Part shown: positions 47,450 to 56,207 of the stretch, piece after piece
Position numbering within the stretch: the stretch's first letter is position 1
How the letters are laid out: the number at the start of each line of letters is the position of its first letter
Source: an uncultured delta proteobacterium
GTDB lineage: Bacteria; Desulfobacterota; Desulfobacteria; Desulfobacterales; JAFDCJ01
Assembly (NCBI GenBank): GCA_963769935.1
Contig: CAVYNY010000017.1
Location: 128,001 to 192,000, forward strand
Reading direction: 5' to 3'
DNA length: 64,000 nt
Notes under the pieces: generated by a model
What the model was told of the DNA's origin: nothing
Databases searched by the model: none
The model's input: the letters and a program-made list of their open reading frames with translations, nothing else
Made by a program: the position numbers and the translations under genes

Positions 47450-47793
47450 AAAATTACAAATCTCAAGCACCAAATTATTCACCCTGTTAAATAGTTTGAT
47501 TCATCGAGTTGCAGGTTCTGACGAAAGTCATCACATTTTCGACCTGCGCACCAATCGTTACAGGACAATTTAACAGGGCAGGTAAATCTCAATTTCAAAT
47601 ATTCAATGACCTAAACATGCCGCGCAGCTGAATCGCTTCGCTTCGCAAACCCCGGTCGGTCGGTAATGATGCCATCGAGCGCAATGTTAGATGGAGTTTT
47701 TGATTGGTCCTTGATATTGGATGCTGGGTGCTGGAGGTTTCTGGATTTCATTCCAGATGCATTACCGAATATCCAGCATCCAGCATCTAGCAT
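47450..47793. repeat. Heptamer palindromic element interrupted by a 97-bp MITE-like insert
   Basis: Outer arms AAATTACAAATCTCAAGCACCAAA..CAATGACC / TTGGTC..TTGGATGCTGG; inner perfect 11-bp inverted repeats CCCTGTTAAAT (47482-47492) and ATTTAACAGGG (47568-47578). Confidence 0.6.
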
Positions 47794-47944
47794 AACCCGA
47801 ATTGACACTTTCGTTCCTCTGTGATAAGGCTCTTTGACAACAATCGACCCTGTCACTTCTTCAACCCATGGCTAATTCCGGGGCTTCCTTCCAGTCGGCA
47901 AATTGGGAAGCACCAGAAAGTCACCGAGACCCTAAAGTAGATCA

Positions 47945-48166
47945 ATGACGCCTGAAGGCAAAAAAAACAAGCGTTTGGTCGCTTTATTTCTGTTCGGCTT
48001 CGTATTGCTGAACTATCCGATCCTTTCTTTGCTTAATCTTAAAATTTTCGTTTTTGGCTTGCCGCTGCAGTTCATTTACATATTTGGTGTCTGGGGCCTT
48101 TTAATCCTTTTGTCGGCTTGGGTGACGCTGCACCGATCAAAGGAAGATACAGATTATTTGGAATAA
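47945..48166 (+). CDS. Small 2-TM membrane protein preceding the SLC5 kinase
   Basis: 73 aa, two hydrophobic helices (RLVALFLFG..LNYP.L..FGLP..YIF..W), 15 bp upstream of the kinase. Confidence 0.8.
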   Translation: MTPEGKKNKRLVALFLFGFVLLNYPILSLLNLKIFVFGLPLQFIYIFGVWGLLILLSAWVTLHRSKEDTDYLE

Positions 48167-48181
48167 TCGGGAACTTCATCC

Positions 48182-50953
48182 GTGTTGGATACCGGAACCA
48201 TATTATTTGTTTCCTTCTTTTATATCGGCCTTCTTTTTGCGATCGCCTACTGGGGCGACAAACGGGCCGATAAAGGCCGCAGCGTTATTGCAAACCCTTA
48301 CATTTACACCCTTTCCCTGGCGGTTTACTGCACGGCCTGGACTTTTTACGGCAGTGTGGGAATGGCCGCCCGCAACGGTCTGAGTTTTGCAACCATTTAT
48401 CTCGGTCCGACGCTGATGATCATGCTGGGCTGGCTGGTGCTGCGCAAAATTATCCGCATCAGCAAGGTCCATCGCATTACCTCCATTGCCGATTTTATTG
48501 CGTCCCGCTATGGCAAAAGCCCCGTGCTGGGCGGTACCGTCACTGTTATCGCCGTCATGGGCGTCATCCCTTATATCGCCCTGCAGCTCAAGGCCATATC
48601 CACCGGCTTTCTGCTGATCAATCACTATCCCAAAATCTCGGTGTCGTTTAATTTCACCGGTATTCCCGTCTTCAGTGACACGGCTTTCTATGTGGCGGTG
48701 ATACTCGTTGTTTTTGCCGTTTTATTCGGTACGCGTCATCTGGATGCAACCGAACGGCACGAAGGACTCGTGGCGGCCATCGCATTTGAGTCCATTGTTA
48801 AGCTCGCCGCCTTTTTAACGGTGGGAATCTTTGTAACCTTTGTTCTTCACAACGGCTTTGCGGATCTGTTCCAAAAGGCCGACGCTTTCATCGGACCCAA
48901 GCCGGCCGCCGGCATCGCGGGAAATCAATCGGTCGATTTCTTTAAAAATATTCTGACCATCGGTTCCCCGGATGCCACCTACATCGATTGGAGTATCTAT
49001 TTGTTCCTGTCGATGATGGCCCTTCTTTTTCTGCCCCGCCAGTTTCAGGTGATGGTGGTCGAAAACGTCAATGAAGAGCATTTAACCAAGGCTATCTGGC
49101 TTTTTCCCCTTTATCTGCTGGCCATCAACATTTTTGTCCTGCCGGTGGCTCTGGCCGGACTCATGCATTTTCCCGGCAGTTCGGCCAATGCCGACTGGTT
49201 TGTATTGATGCTGCCGATGGCCGAACATCAGCAGCTGCTGGCCCTGTTCGTATATCTGGGCGGTATATCGGCCGCTTCCGGCATGGTGATTGTTGAAACG
49301 ATCGCCCTGAGCACGATGATCTGCAACGATCTTGTAATGCCGGTCCTGATCCGTTCACCGATCACAACCCTGTCCGGGCAAAGCGACCTGCGCGGTTTGC
49401 TGCTGGTTATCCGACGGGTGAGCATCGCCCTGGTTCTCATGCTGGGCTATGCTTATTTCCATTATATCGGCGAATTTTATGCCCTGGTCGCCATCGGTTT
49501 ATTGTCGTTTGCAGCGGTGGCGCAGTTTGCGCCGGCCATGCTGGGCGGCATTTTCTGGAAAGGCGGAACGCGGACCGGCGCACTCAGCGGCTTATTGGCC
49601 GGATTCTTTGTCTGGGCCTACACCCTGCCGCTGCCGTACCTTGTCCAGGCCGGACTGATCCCCCAGCGTTTTGTAACCGCAGGTCCCTTCGGCATCGAGC
49701 TGCTGAAGCCTTACCAGCTGTTCGGTCTGCAGCATTTCAATCATATTTCCCAGTCGGTTTTCTGGAGCATCCTGTTTAACACCGGCGTCTACATCGGTGT
49801 TTCCGTTCTGAGCCGACCCCGCGCCATCGATCACACCCAGGCCACTTTGTTTGTGGAGGTTTTCAAGTATGCCGGTGAAACCGAAGACTCTCTCTTCCGG
49901 CGGGGCACCGCCAGCCTTCCGGCCTTGAAGTCGCTGCTGCAACGGTTTCTCGGCCGAGACGGAGCTGACCATGAACTGGCTCAATACGCCCGCCGGCGCA
50001 ACGTTAACTGGGATCAGTACCAGACAGCCGATGCCGATCTGGTCAGCTATGCTGAAAAACTTCTCACCGGCGCGATTGGATCGGCCTCGGCCCGCGTCAT
50101 GGTATCGTCGGTTGTCAAGGAAGAACCCCTGGGCGTCGAGGAAGTATTGAACATCCTCGATGAAACCCGGCAGGTAATCGCTTACAGCCGCGAACTGGAA
50201 AGAGCCACCGCCGAGCTCAAAGCAGCCAACGCCCGGCTGCAGGAATTGGACCGTCTTAAAGATGATTTTATATCCACGGTTACCCATGAACTGCGCACGC
50301 CGTTGACTTCAATCCGATCTCTTTCTGAAATACTGCACAGTAATCCGGGTATCGAACCCGCCCGAATTGAAAATTTCACCAATATCATCATCAAAGAAAG
50401 CGACCGGCTCATCCGCCTGATCAGTCAGATACTGGATTACGAAAAAATCGAATCGGCCCGGATCGAGTGGTCGATTGCATCGCTGGATTTAAAAGAAATC
50501 GTTGATGACGCGGTCGCCGGCACCCAGCAGCTGATTCACGACAAAAATATCACTCTCGATCTGGATGCCGAGGAACACCTGCCGCCGGTTTTCGGCGATC
50601 GCGACCGCCTGGTTCAGGTCCTGGTCAATTTAATCTCAAATGCGGTAAAATTCTGCGAACCCGACCGCGGCAACATTACCATTCGATTGAGGAGCCAGGA
50701 CGCCAACCTGCTGGTGCAGGTGGCCGACAACGGCATCGGAATAAAATCAGAAAATCTGAAGAAAGTTTTTGAACCCTTTCATCAGATTAAAAACCCCACC
50801 AAAGGCCGCCCGGTTGGAACCGGCATCGGATTGACGATTACCAAACGCATCATCGATTTTCATCACGGCCGGATCTGGGTCGAAAGCACGCCCGGCCAGG
50901 GGGCGATCTTTTCGTTTACGCTGCCGGTCAACCGGACAGCGGCGAACACCTAG
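48182..50953 (+). CDS. crbS: SLC5 (Na+/solute symporter)-STAC-histidine kinase, CrbS-like
   Basis: SLAVYCTAWTFYGSVG, SIADFIASRYGKS, LPRQF, STAC-like LTGAIGSASAR, H-box THELRTPL, GTGIGL; next to acs genes. No C-terminal receiver domain. Confidence 0.8.
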   Translation: MLDTGTILFVSFFYIGLLFAIAYWGDKRADKGRSVIANPYIYTLSLAVYCTAWTFYGSVGMAARNGLSFATIYLGPTLMIMLGWLVLRKIIRISKVHRITSIADFIASRYGKSPVLGGTVTVIAVMGVIPYIALQLKAISTGFLLINHYPKISVSFNFTGIPVFSDTAFYVAVILVVFAVLFGTRHLDATERHEGLVAAIAFESIVKLAAFLTVGIFVTFVLHNGFADLFQKADAFIGPKPAAGIAGNQSVDFFKNILTIGSPDATYIDWSIYLFLSMMALLFLPRQFQVMVVENVNEEHLTKAIWLFPLYLLAINIFVLPVALAGLMHFPGSSANADWFVLMLPMAEHQQLLALFVYLGGISAASGMVIVETIALSTMICNDLVMPVLIRSPITTLSGQSDLRGLLLVIRRVSIALVLMLGYAYFHYIGEFYALVAIGLLSFAAVAQFAPAMLGGIFWKGGTRTGALSGLLAGFFVWAYTLPLPYLVQAGLIPQRFVTAGPFGIELLKPYQLFGLQHFNHISQSVFWSILFNTGVYIGVSVLSRPRAIDHTQATLFVEVFKYAGETEDSLFRRGTASLPALKSLLQRFLGRDGADHELAQYARRRNVNWDQYQTADADLVSYAEKLLTGAIGSASARVMVSSVVKEEPLGVEEVLNILDETRQVIAYSRELERATAELKAANARLQELDRLKDDFISTVTHELRTPLTSIRSLSEILHSNPGIEPARIENFTNIIIKESDRLIRLISQILDYEKIESARIEWSIASLDLKEIVDDAVAGTQQLIHDKNITLDLDAEEHLPPVFGDRDRLVQVLVNLISNAVKFCEPDRGNITIRLRSQDANLLVQVADNGIGIKSENLKKVFEPFHQIKNPTKGRPVGTGIGLTITKRIIDFHHGRIWVESTPGQGAIFSFTLPVNRTAANT

Positions 50954-51018
50954 TGCAGCGCCATTAATTTTAATCTGAAAAAGAGTCTGTCCCATCCGAC
51001 CTCTGTTACTTTATTCAG

Positions 51019-51143
51019 AAAATCCCAAGCACCAAATACCAAACAATATCCAAATTCCAATTTCCCAATAATCAAACGTTTGAGATTTGGAATTTTGGTC
51101 ATTGAGATTTATTTGGAATTTGAGATTTGAGATTTGGAATTTA
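51019..51143. repeat. Heptamer palindromic element between convergent genes
   Basis: AAATCCCAAGCACCAAATACCAAA..CAAATTCCAA and inverted TTTGAGATTTGGAATTT repeats. Confidence 0.72.
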
Positions 51144-51199
51144 ACATGACTATTTTTTGAGTATGATCTTGTTTTTTAACAGGGCCAAATATAAACTGC

Positions 51200-53392
51200 T
51201 CAATATTTCTGCCTGGCATAGTACGTCTTGCGTGATGCCGCCAGCGCCTCCTTCAGCGTATAAATTCCTTTTTGGTTCAAAAGCGGCAGCATTTTAAGGA
51301 AAATTTCACCGGTGGCCGATGCATCCCCCAGGGCCGTGTGGCGGCCGAGAATCCGGACGCCCAACCGCTGCGATATGGCCTCCAGATCATGGTTTTCATG
51401 GGAGGGGTGCACCACAGCCGACAGCAGGAGGGTATCCAGCACCGGATTGGCAAACTTGACACCGGATTTAGCTTCCTGCAGCTGTAAAAACCGCATATCG
51501 AAAGCGGCATTGTGAGCTACCAGGATCGTATCTTCAACGAAATGATGGAATTGAGGCAGAACCTTGTCGATGAAGGGCTGCCCGATCAACATTTCGGGAT
51601 GGATCCCGTGGATCTTGACCGAAGACCAGGGGATCGAGCGCTGCGGATCAACCAGCTGTTCAAACCGCTCTGCCCGAAGCAGACGGCAGTTGACAATGCG
51701 AAACGCACCGATCGCTATGATTTCATCGCCTTCGGCCGGATTCAGCCCGGTAGTTTCCATGTCGAAGACTGTGTACGTCAGATCCGTTAGGGGCCGATTT
51801 TCCAGTTCCGGAACATGCTCCACGTTGCCGAATAAATCAAAATCATAAAACTCCGGACGGCTTTCCGGCAGAATGGTCAGGTACCGGGTTTCCTCCGGTT
51901 CGGCGACCTCAACCACCGGCAGAAAAAAGCGCAGATAAGAGGTGCCCTTGCGCCGTTTAGAAGAATAAGATCCAAAGTCGGCGGCATGGTGATCGATGAT
52001 TTCTCGCAAACTCAACGACACCCCCTCCTCTTCGAACACCAGCCGCTGCTCCTCCCATTCACGCAGGATTTCGAATTTAACCGGTGCCCCCTGCCAGAGC
52101 AAATCAAATCCCACGTACCAGTCCAGTTCATTAAAGCGGCAGGTAAGTTCCGTGAAGCCGATCAGCGCTTTTAATTTGTCGAGGACGAACAACAGCACCA
52201 GCAGAAAAGAATAGCTGTCAATTTTGACCCTGATGGCGGGATTGAATTCTTCCACCCGTATCGGCAGCTGCAGCTTTTGGCCGGCCTTGGACTTGAGCAG
52301 ATCGACAAGATCTGCGGTCGACATGGTAATCAGGGGCCATTGACTGAAATTGCCCCGTGCATTGACGGGCAGATCGCTTTCCAGCATCTCGCCCAGAACC
52401 AGCGATTCTTTGTGGATGATGGCTTTGAGGGCCTCGAGCCGGGGGGCGTCCATCTGCGGAAATTCAATAATGGTTTCAATGGCCGACCGGATACCGGCCA
52501 GAGATGCCCGGACCCCACGTGAAAATGACTGCAGGGCGAGGTTCAAATGGCTGTCGCTTTCCAGCTGCCGGGTAATATCGTTAAAAATCAGAACCAAGCC
52601 TGAAAATTGCCGCTTGGCGTCCAGTATCGGAACGACTTCAACCCGCAGTTTGCGGTCATCCGCACCCGACACAACGAAATAGGAGACAACTCTGGGATCA
52701 CCCGAACGCAGTTTGGAACTGATTTGATCGAGGGCGTGGCCGATGAGATGGCGGTCGATCACGCCGTAAACGGATCGCCCCAGCCCGATATACCGTGAAC
52801 GTTCAACGGCTGAGGCCGCGTCTTTTTGATTAGTGCCCGCCCCACCGGGAAGACCGGTCAACAGCTGGCGAGCGCGATTGTTGTGCAGGAGGATCCGGCC
52901 TTCGGTGTTGCAGATCAGAACGCCTTCGGGCAGCTCGGCCATAATGGCCGCCAGAATGTTTTTCTCCTGTTCCGATTCCGCCCTGGCACGCAGGATCCGG
53001 CCGTCGACATTTTCGGCCAGGATTTCATATCTTTGCGCCCCTTCATTAATGCGGTCACACAACCGGCGAATTTCGGCGGCGCCTTCGCCGTGAATCCGGT
53101 GGGAGGGATTGGAAGAATTGATCAGGGAGACCTCGTCTGCGATTTTGCGGACGGGCAGGATATATCTGTGAAAGACCGCCAGAACCAAGCCGCCGAAAAC
53201 CACCAAAACCAGCAGGGCGATAACAATGATGGGGCCGATAAATGAGCTGAGCAGACGCAAAATGTATTGCAGCTGTTCGGAGGTTAACTGGTACCTGAAC
53301 CAGACGGCAGAGCCGGCGAGGATAATGATAAACAAAATAGCGGCAGATGCCACAATTCCCCAGAAATTATTACCCGGCTTCCTCATGGACAT
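51200..53392 (-). CDS. Membrane sensor (TM-HAMP-PAS-degenerate kinase core) fused to a DEDDh 3'-5' exonuclease (DnaQ-like)
   Basis: 2 TM, PAS (AELPEGVLICN), ExoI VFDMETTG, ExoII AHNAAFD, ExoIII HTALGDA. Confidence 0.88.
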   Translation of the reverse strand: MSMRKPGNNFWGIVASAAILFIIILAGSAVWFRYQLTSEQLQYILRLLSSFIGPIIVIALLVLVVFGGLVLAVFHRYILPVRKIADEVSLINSSNPSHRIHGEGAAEIRRLCDRINEGAQRYEILAENVDGRILRARAESEQEKNILAAIMAELPEGVLICNTEGRILLHNNRARQLLTGLPGGAGTNQKDAASAVERSRYIGLGRSVYGVIDRHLIGHALDQISSKLRSGDPRVVSYFVVSGADDRKLRVEVVPILDAKRQFSGLVLIFNDITRQLESDSHLNLALQSFSRGVRASLAGIRSAIETIIEFPQMDAPRLEALKAIIHKESLVLGEMLESDLPVNARGNFSQWPLITMSTADLVDLLKSKAGQKLQLPIRVEEFNPAIRVKIDSYSFLLVLLFVLDKLKALIGFTELTCRFNELDWYVGFDLLWQGAPVKFEILREWEEQRLVFEEEGVSLSLREIIDHHAADFGSYSSKRRKGTSYLRFFLPVVEVAEPEETRYLTILPESRPEFYDFDLFGNVEHVPELENRPLTDLTYTVFDMETTGLNPAEGDEIIAIGAFRIVNCRLLRAERFEQLVDPQRSIPWSSVKIHGIHPEMLIGQPFIDKVLPQFHHFVEDTILVAHNAAFDMRFLQLQEAKSGVKFANPVLDTLLLSAVVHPSHENHDLEAISQRLGVRILGRHTALGDASATGEIFLKMLPLLNQKGIYTLKEALAASRKTYYARQKY

Positions 53393-53756
53393 CTTCTAAA
53401 ACCGCTTTGACCTTGGCAACAAGTTCGGCATTCGAGAATGGTTTGGTAACGTAAGCATCGGCGCCAAGGGCCAGGCCCTTGGCGATTTCAACCTCACGGC
53501 CCTTGGCAGTCAGAAAGATAATTTTAGTAGCCCGATAAGCAGGATTCAACCGGACGATTTCGCAGACCTCATAACCGTCAATTCCCGGCAGCATGATATC
53601 CAGCAGGACCAAATCCGGTTTGTATTTGTAAATCAGATCCAGGGCATCATGGCCGTTTTCGGCCACGATGACTCGATAGCCCTGCTGCTCCATCAAAAAC
53701 TGGACAGGTACCACGATGCTGGGCTCATCATCCACTATGAGAATTTCTCTTGGCAT
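53370..53756 (-). CDS. Single-domain response regulator
   Basis: ILIVDDE, LDIMLP, LTAK, KPF; 128 aa with no output domain. Confidence 0.93.
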   Translation of the reverse strand: MPREILIVDDEPSIVVPVQFLMEQQGYRVIVAENGHDALDLIYKYKPDLVLLDIMLPGIDGYEVCEIVRLNPAYRATKIIFLTAKGREVEIAKGLALGADAYVTKPFSNAELVAKVKAVLEDVHEEAG

Positions 53757-53794
53757 AATTGTTCAGATCAGGTCAACTTCACTCAAGCAGCCTC

Positions 53795-55705
53795 TCAATC
53801 GCCGTGCTTGGCCTTGGCAAATCCGATGCCGGTCAAGGCTTCTTCCATCTCATCCAATATGGCCGGGTCGTCTATGGTCGCCGGGGTCTTATAGGGTTTA
53901 TTGTCCGCTATTTTCTGAATCGTTCCCCGCAGGATTTTCCCGGACCGGGTTTTAGGCAGCCGCTTAACCACGGTGGCGGTTTTAAAGGAGGCCACCGGCC
54001 CGATGCGGTCTCTGACCATCTGAATGGTTTCCTTGACGATGTCGGCCGGATCCCGGGTAACCCCTGCATTGAGTACCAGAAAACCGATCGGCACCTGGCC
54101 TTTTAGTTTGTCATCGACACCCAGCACGGCACATTCAGCCACATCCGGGTGATCGGCCAGGATCTCTTCCATGGCTCCGGTGGAAAGCCGATGACCGGCA
54201 ACGTTGATAATATCGTCGGTGCGGCTCATCACAAAAACATACCCGTCTTCATCGATGAAACCGGCATCGGCGGTTTTGTAGTAGCCTGGAAACTCTTCCA
54301 GATAAGCCTTGACATATCCCTGATCGTTGTTCCACAGGGTCGGCAGGGTTCCCGGAGGCAGCGGCAGTTTGACCACCAGCGCACCGATGTTGCCGGGTTT
54401 CACCGGTTTGCAGTCCGGATCCACGACTTGCAGGTTCCATCCCGGTGCGGGTTTGGTCGGGGAACCTTCTTTAATCGGATACTGATGCAGTCCGAGACAA
54501 TTGCCGGCGATGGCCCAGCCGGTTTCGGTCTGCCACCAATGGTCGATGACGGGAATTCCCAGGCTGTTCTCGGCCCATTTCAACGTGTCCGGATCCAGAC
54601 GCTCGCCGGCCAAAAACAGCGCTTTAAAATTTGACAAATCATAGTTCTTCATCAGTTCGGCCCGGGGGTCTTCCCGTTTAATGGCCCGGAAGGCGGTCGG
54701 CGCTGTGAACATCACCTTGACCTTGTGCTCCGATATAACCCGCCAGAAAACACCGGCATCCGGCGTACCCACCGGCTTGCCTTCAAAAAGAATGGTCGTG
54801 CAGCCTTTAAAAAGCGGGCCGTAGACGATGTACGAATGGCCCACCACCCAGCCCACATCCGAGGCCGCCCAATAGACATCGCCGGCTGCGACGTTGTATA
54901 TCGCGCCCATGCTCCATTTTAAGGCCACCAGGTGCCCCCCGTTATCCCGCACCACGCCCTTGGGAATACCGGTGGTGCCGGAGGTGTAAAGAATGTAAAG
55001 GGGATCGGTAGCCGCCACCGGTACGCAATCATGGGGGCGGGCGTCCTGCATGACCTTGTCCCAGTCCAGGTCGCGGCCGTCGATCATGGCGGCAGCCGCC
55101 ATCGGCCGCTGCCGGATGATGCAGGAATCCGGCTTGAAACTTGCCATTTCGATGGCTTTGTCCAGCAGCGGCTTGTAAGGAATCACCCGCGCCACCTCGA
55201 TGCCGCAGGAGGCGGAAACAATCACCTTGGGCTTGGCGTCGTTGATGCGAACGGCCAGTTCATTGGCGGCAAAACCGCCGAAAACCACGGAGTGAACCGC
55301 TCCGAGACGGGCGCAGGCCAGCATGGCAACCAGGGCTTCGGGGATCATCGGCATATAAATCAGCACCCGATCGCCTTTGGCAACCCCGCGGGCGGCCAGT
55401 GCGCCGGCAAACCGGGCGACCTCGTCCCGCAGCTGACTATAGGTGATTTTCTTAATGGTCTGGGTTACCGGACTGTCGTAGATGACGGCATACTGGTCGC
55501 CCCGCCCGTTTTCAATGTGGTAGTCCAGCGCATTGTAACAGGTGTTGACTTCTCCCCCGCTAAACCAGCGATAAAAGGGTTTCCGGCTGTCATCGAGCAC
55601 CTTGTCCCATTTTTTATACCAGTGACAATCCTCTGCGGCCTTCGCCCAGAAAGTGTCGGGATCTTCAATAGATTGCCGGTACGCTATCTCATAAGGATTG
55701 GTCAT
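53795..55705 (-). CDS. prpE: Propionyl-CoA / short-chain acyl-CoA synthetase
   Basis: YTSGTTGIPKG, VRDNGGH.VAL, FEGKPVGTPD, DHWWQTETG, LPKTRSGK; RBS AGGAGG before ATG 55705. Confidence 0.85.
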   Translation of the reverse strand: MTNPYEIAYRQSIEDPDTFWAKAAEDCHWYKKWDKVLDDSRKPFYRWFSGGEVNTCYNALDYHIENGRGDQYAVIYDSPVTQTIKKITYSQLRDEVARFAGALAARGVAKGDRVLIYMPMIPEALVAMLACARLGAVHSVVFGGFAANELAVRINDAKPKVIVSASCGIEVARVIPYKPLLDKAIEMASFKPDSCIIRQRPMAAAAMIDGRDLDWDKVMQDARPHDCVPVAATDPLYILYTSGTTGIPKGVVRDNGGHLVALKWSMGAIYNVAAGDVYWAASDVGWVVGHSYIVYGPLFKGCTTILFEGKPVGTPDAGVFWRVISEHKVKVMFTAPTAFRAIKREDPRAELMKNYDLSNFKALFLAGERLDPDTLKWAENSLGIPVIDHWWQTETGWAIAGNCLGLHQYPIKEGSPTKPAPGWNLQVVDPDCKPVKPGNIGALVVKLPLPPGTLPTLWNNDQGYVKAYLEEFPGYYKTADAGFIDEDGYVFVMSRTDDIINVAGHRLSTGAMEEILADHPDVAECAVLGVDDKLKGQVPIGFLVLNAGVTRDPADIVKETIQMVRDRIGPVASFKTATVVKRLPKTRSGKILRGTIQKIADNKPYKTPATIDDPAILDEMEEALTGIGFAKAKHGD

Positions 55706-55722
55706 GTCTGTCCTCCTTTTTT

Positions 55723-55808
55723 TGATTGGCAATTAACGATTGACGAATGTCGATTGATTGTTGGTATCCTTCAATTCGGCAATCGACATTCGACATCCGT
55801 CAATCAAT
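55723..55808. repeat. Heptamer palindromic element
   Basis: TTGATTG..GATTGACGAATGTCGATTG and inverted CAATCGACATTCGACATCCGTCAATCAA. Confidence 0.65.
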
Positions 55809-56207
55809 GTTCTATTTTCCTGAGCGGATTAATTGGCCGCTTTGATTTTTCACCTTCTGCAGCGGGATGGGTTTGGAGTTCTTGTTGGCAATGGCCAACA
55901 TCGAAAATGCCGGCGAGGCTTGAAGGCCCATCAGGAAGATCATGCGGGTTAAAACCTAAAAACCGGTATCGGCGCCGCCGACGCTCCGGCCGATGACCCG
56001 CACAAACACCCGAACGCTGAGCTGCCGCCCGGAGCAATGAAATAATTTGAGGAAAGCTGCGCCTTATCAACCCGAAAGGAGATTCAGAATTCAGGTTCAA
56101 ACCCCGTCCCGGTTGAATAAGTTTTTCGATTCAGGCGCAGCTTTCAGTGGTTGATTCCAGAAGCCCGGCAGCATGTCTTCCGCGGTGCGACACCCGCTTG
56201 AATTCGA

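Noticed and set aside
47510..47550. CTGACGA..GAAA as a hammerhead ribozyme
   Set aside because: The GAAA overlaps the CTGACGA as a tetraloop of a TGAC/GTCA hairpin; the required stem II-GAAA-stem III order is absent.
51200..51800. Calling the DEDDh protein the replicative dnaQ
   Set aside because: It is fused to TM/PAS sensor domains in an acetate locus and lacks a replisome context.
54932..55996. 354-aa plus-strand ORF
   Set aside because: Antisense shadow of the prpE-like gene with no recognisable motifs.
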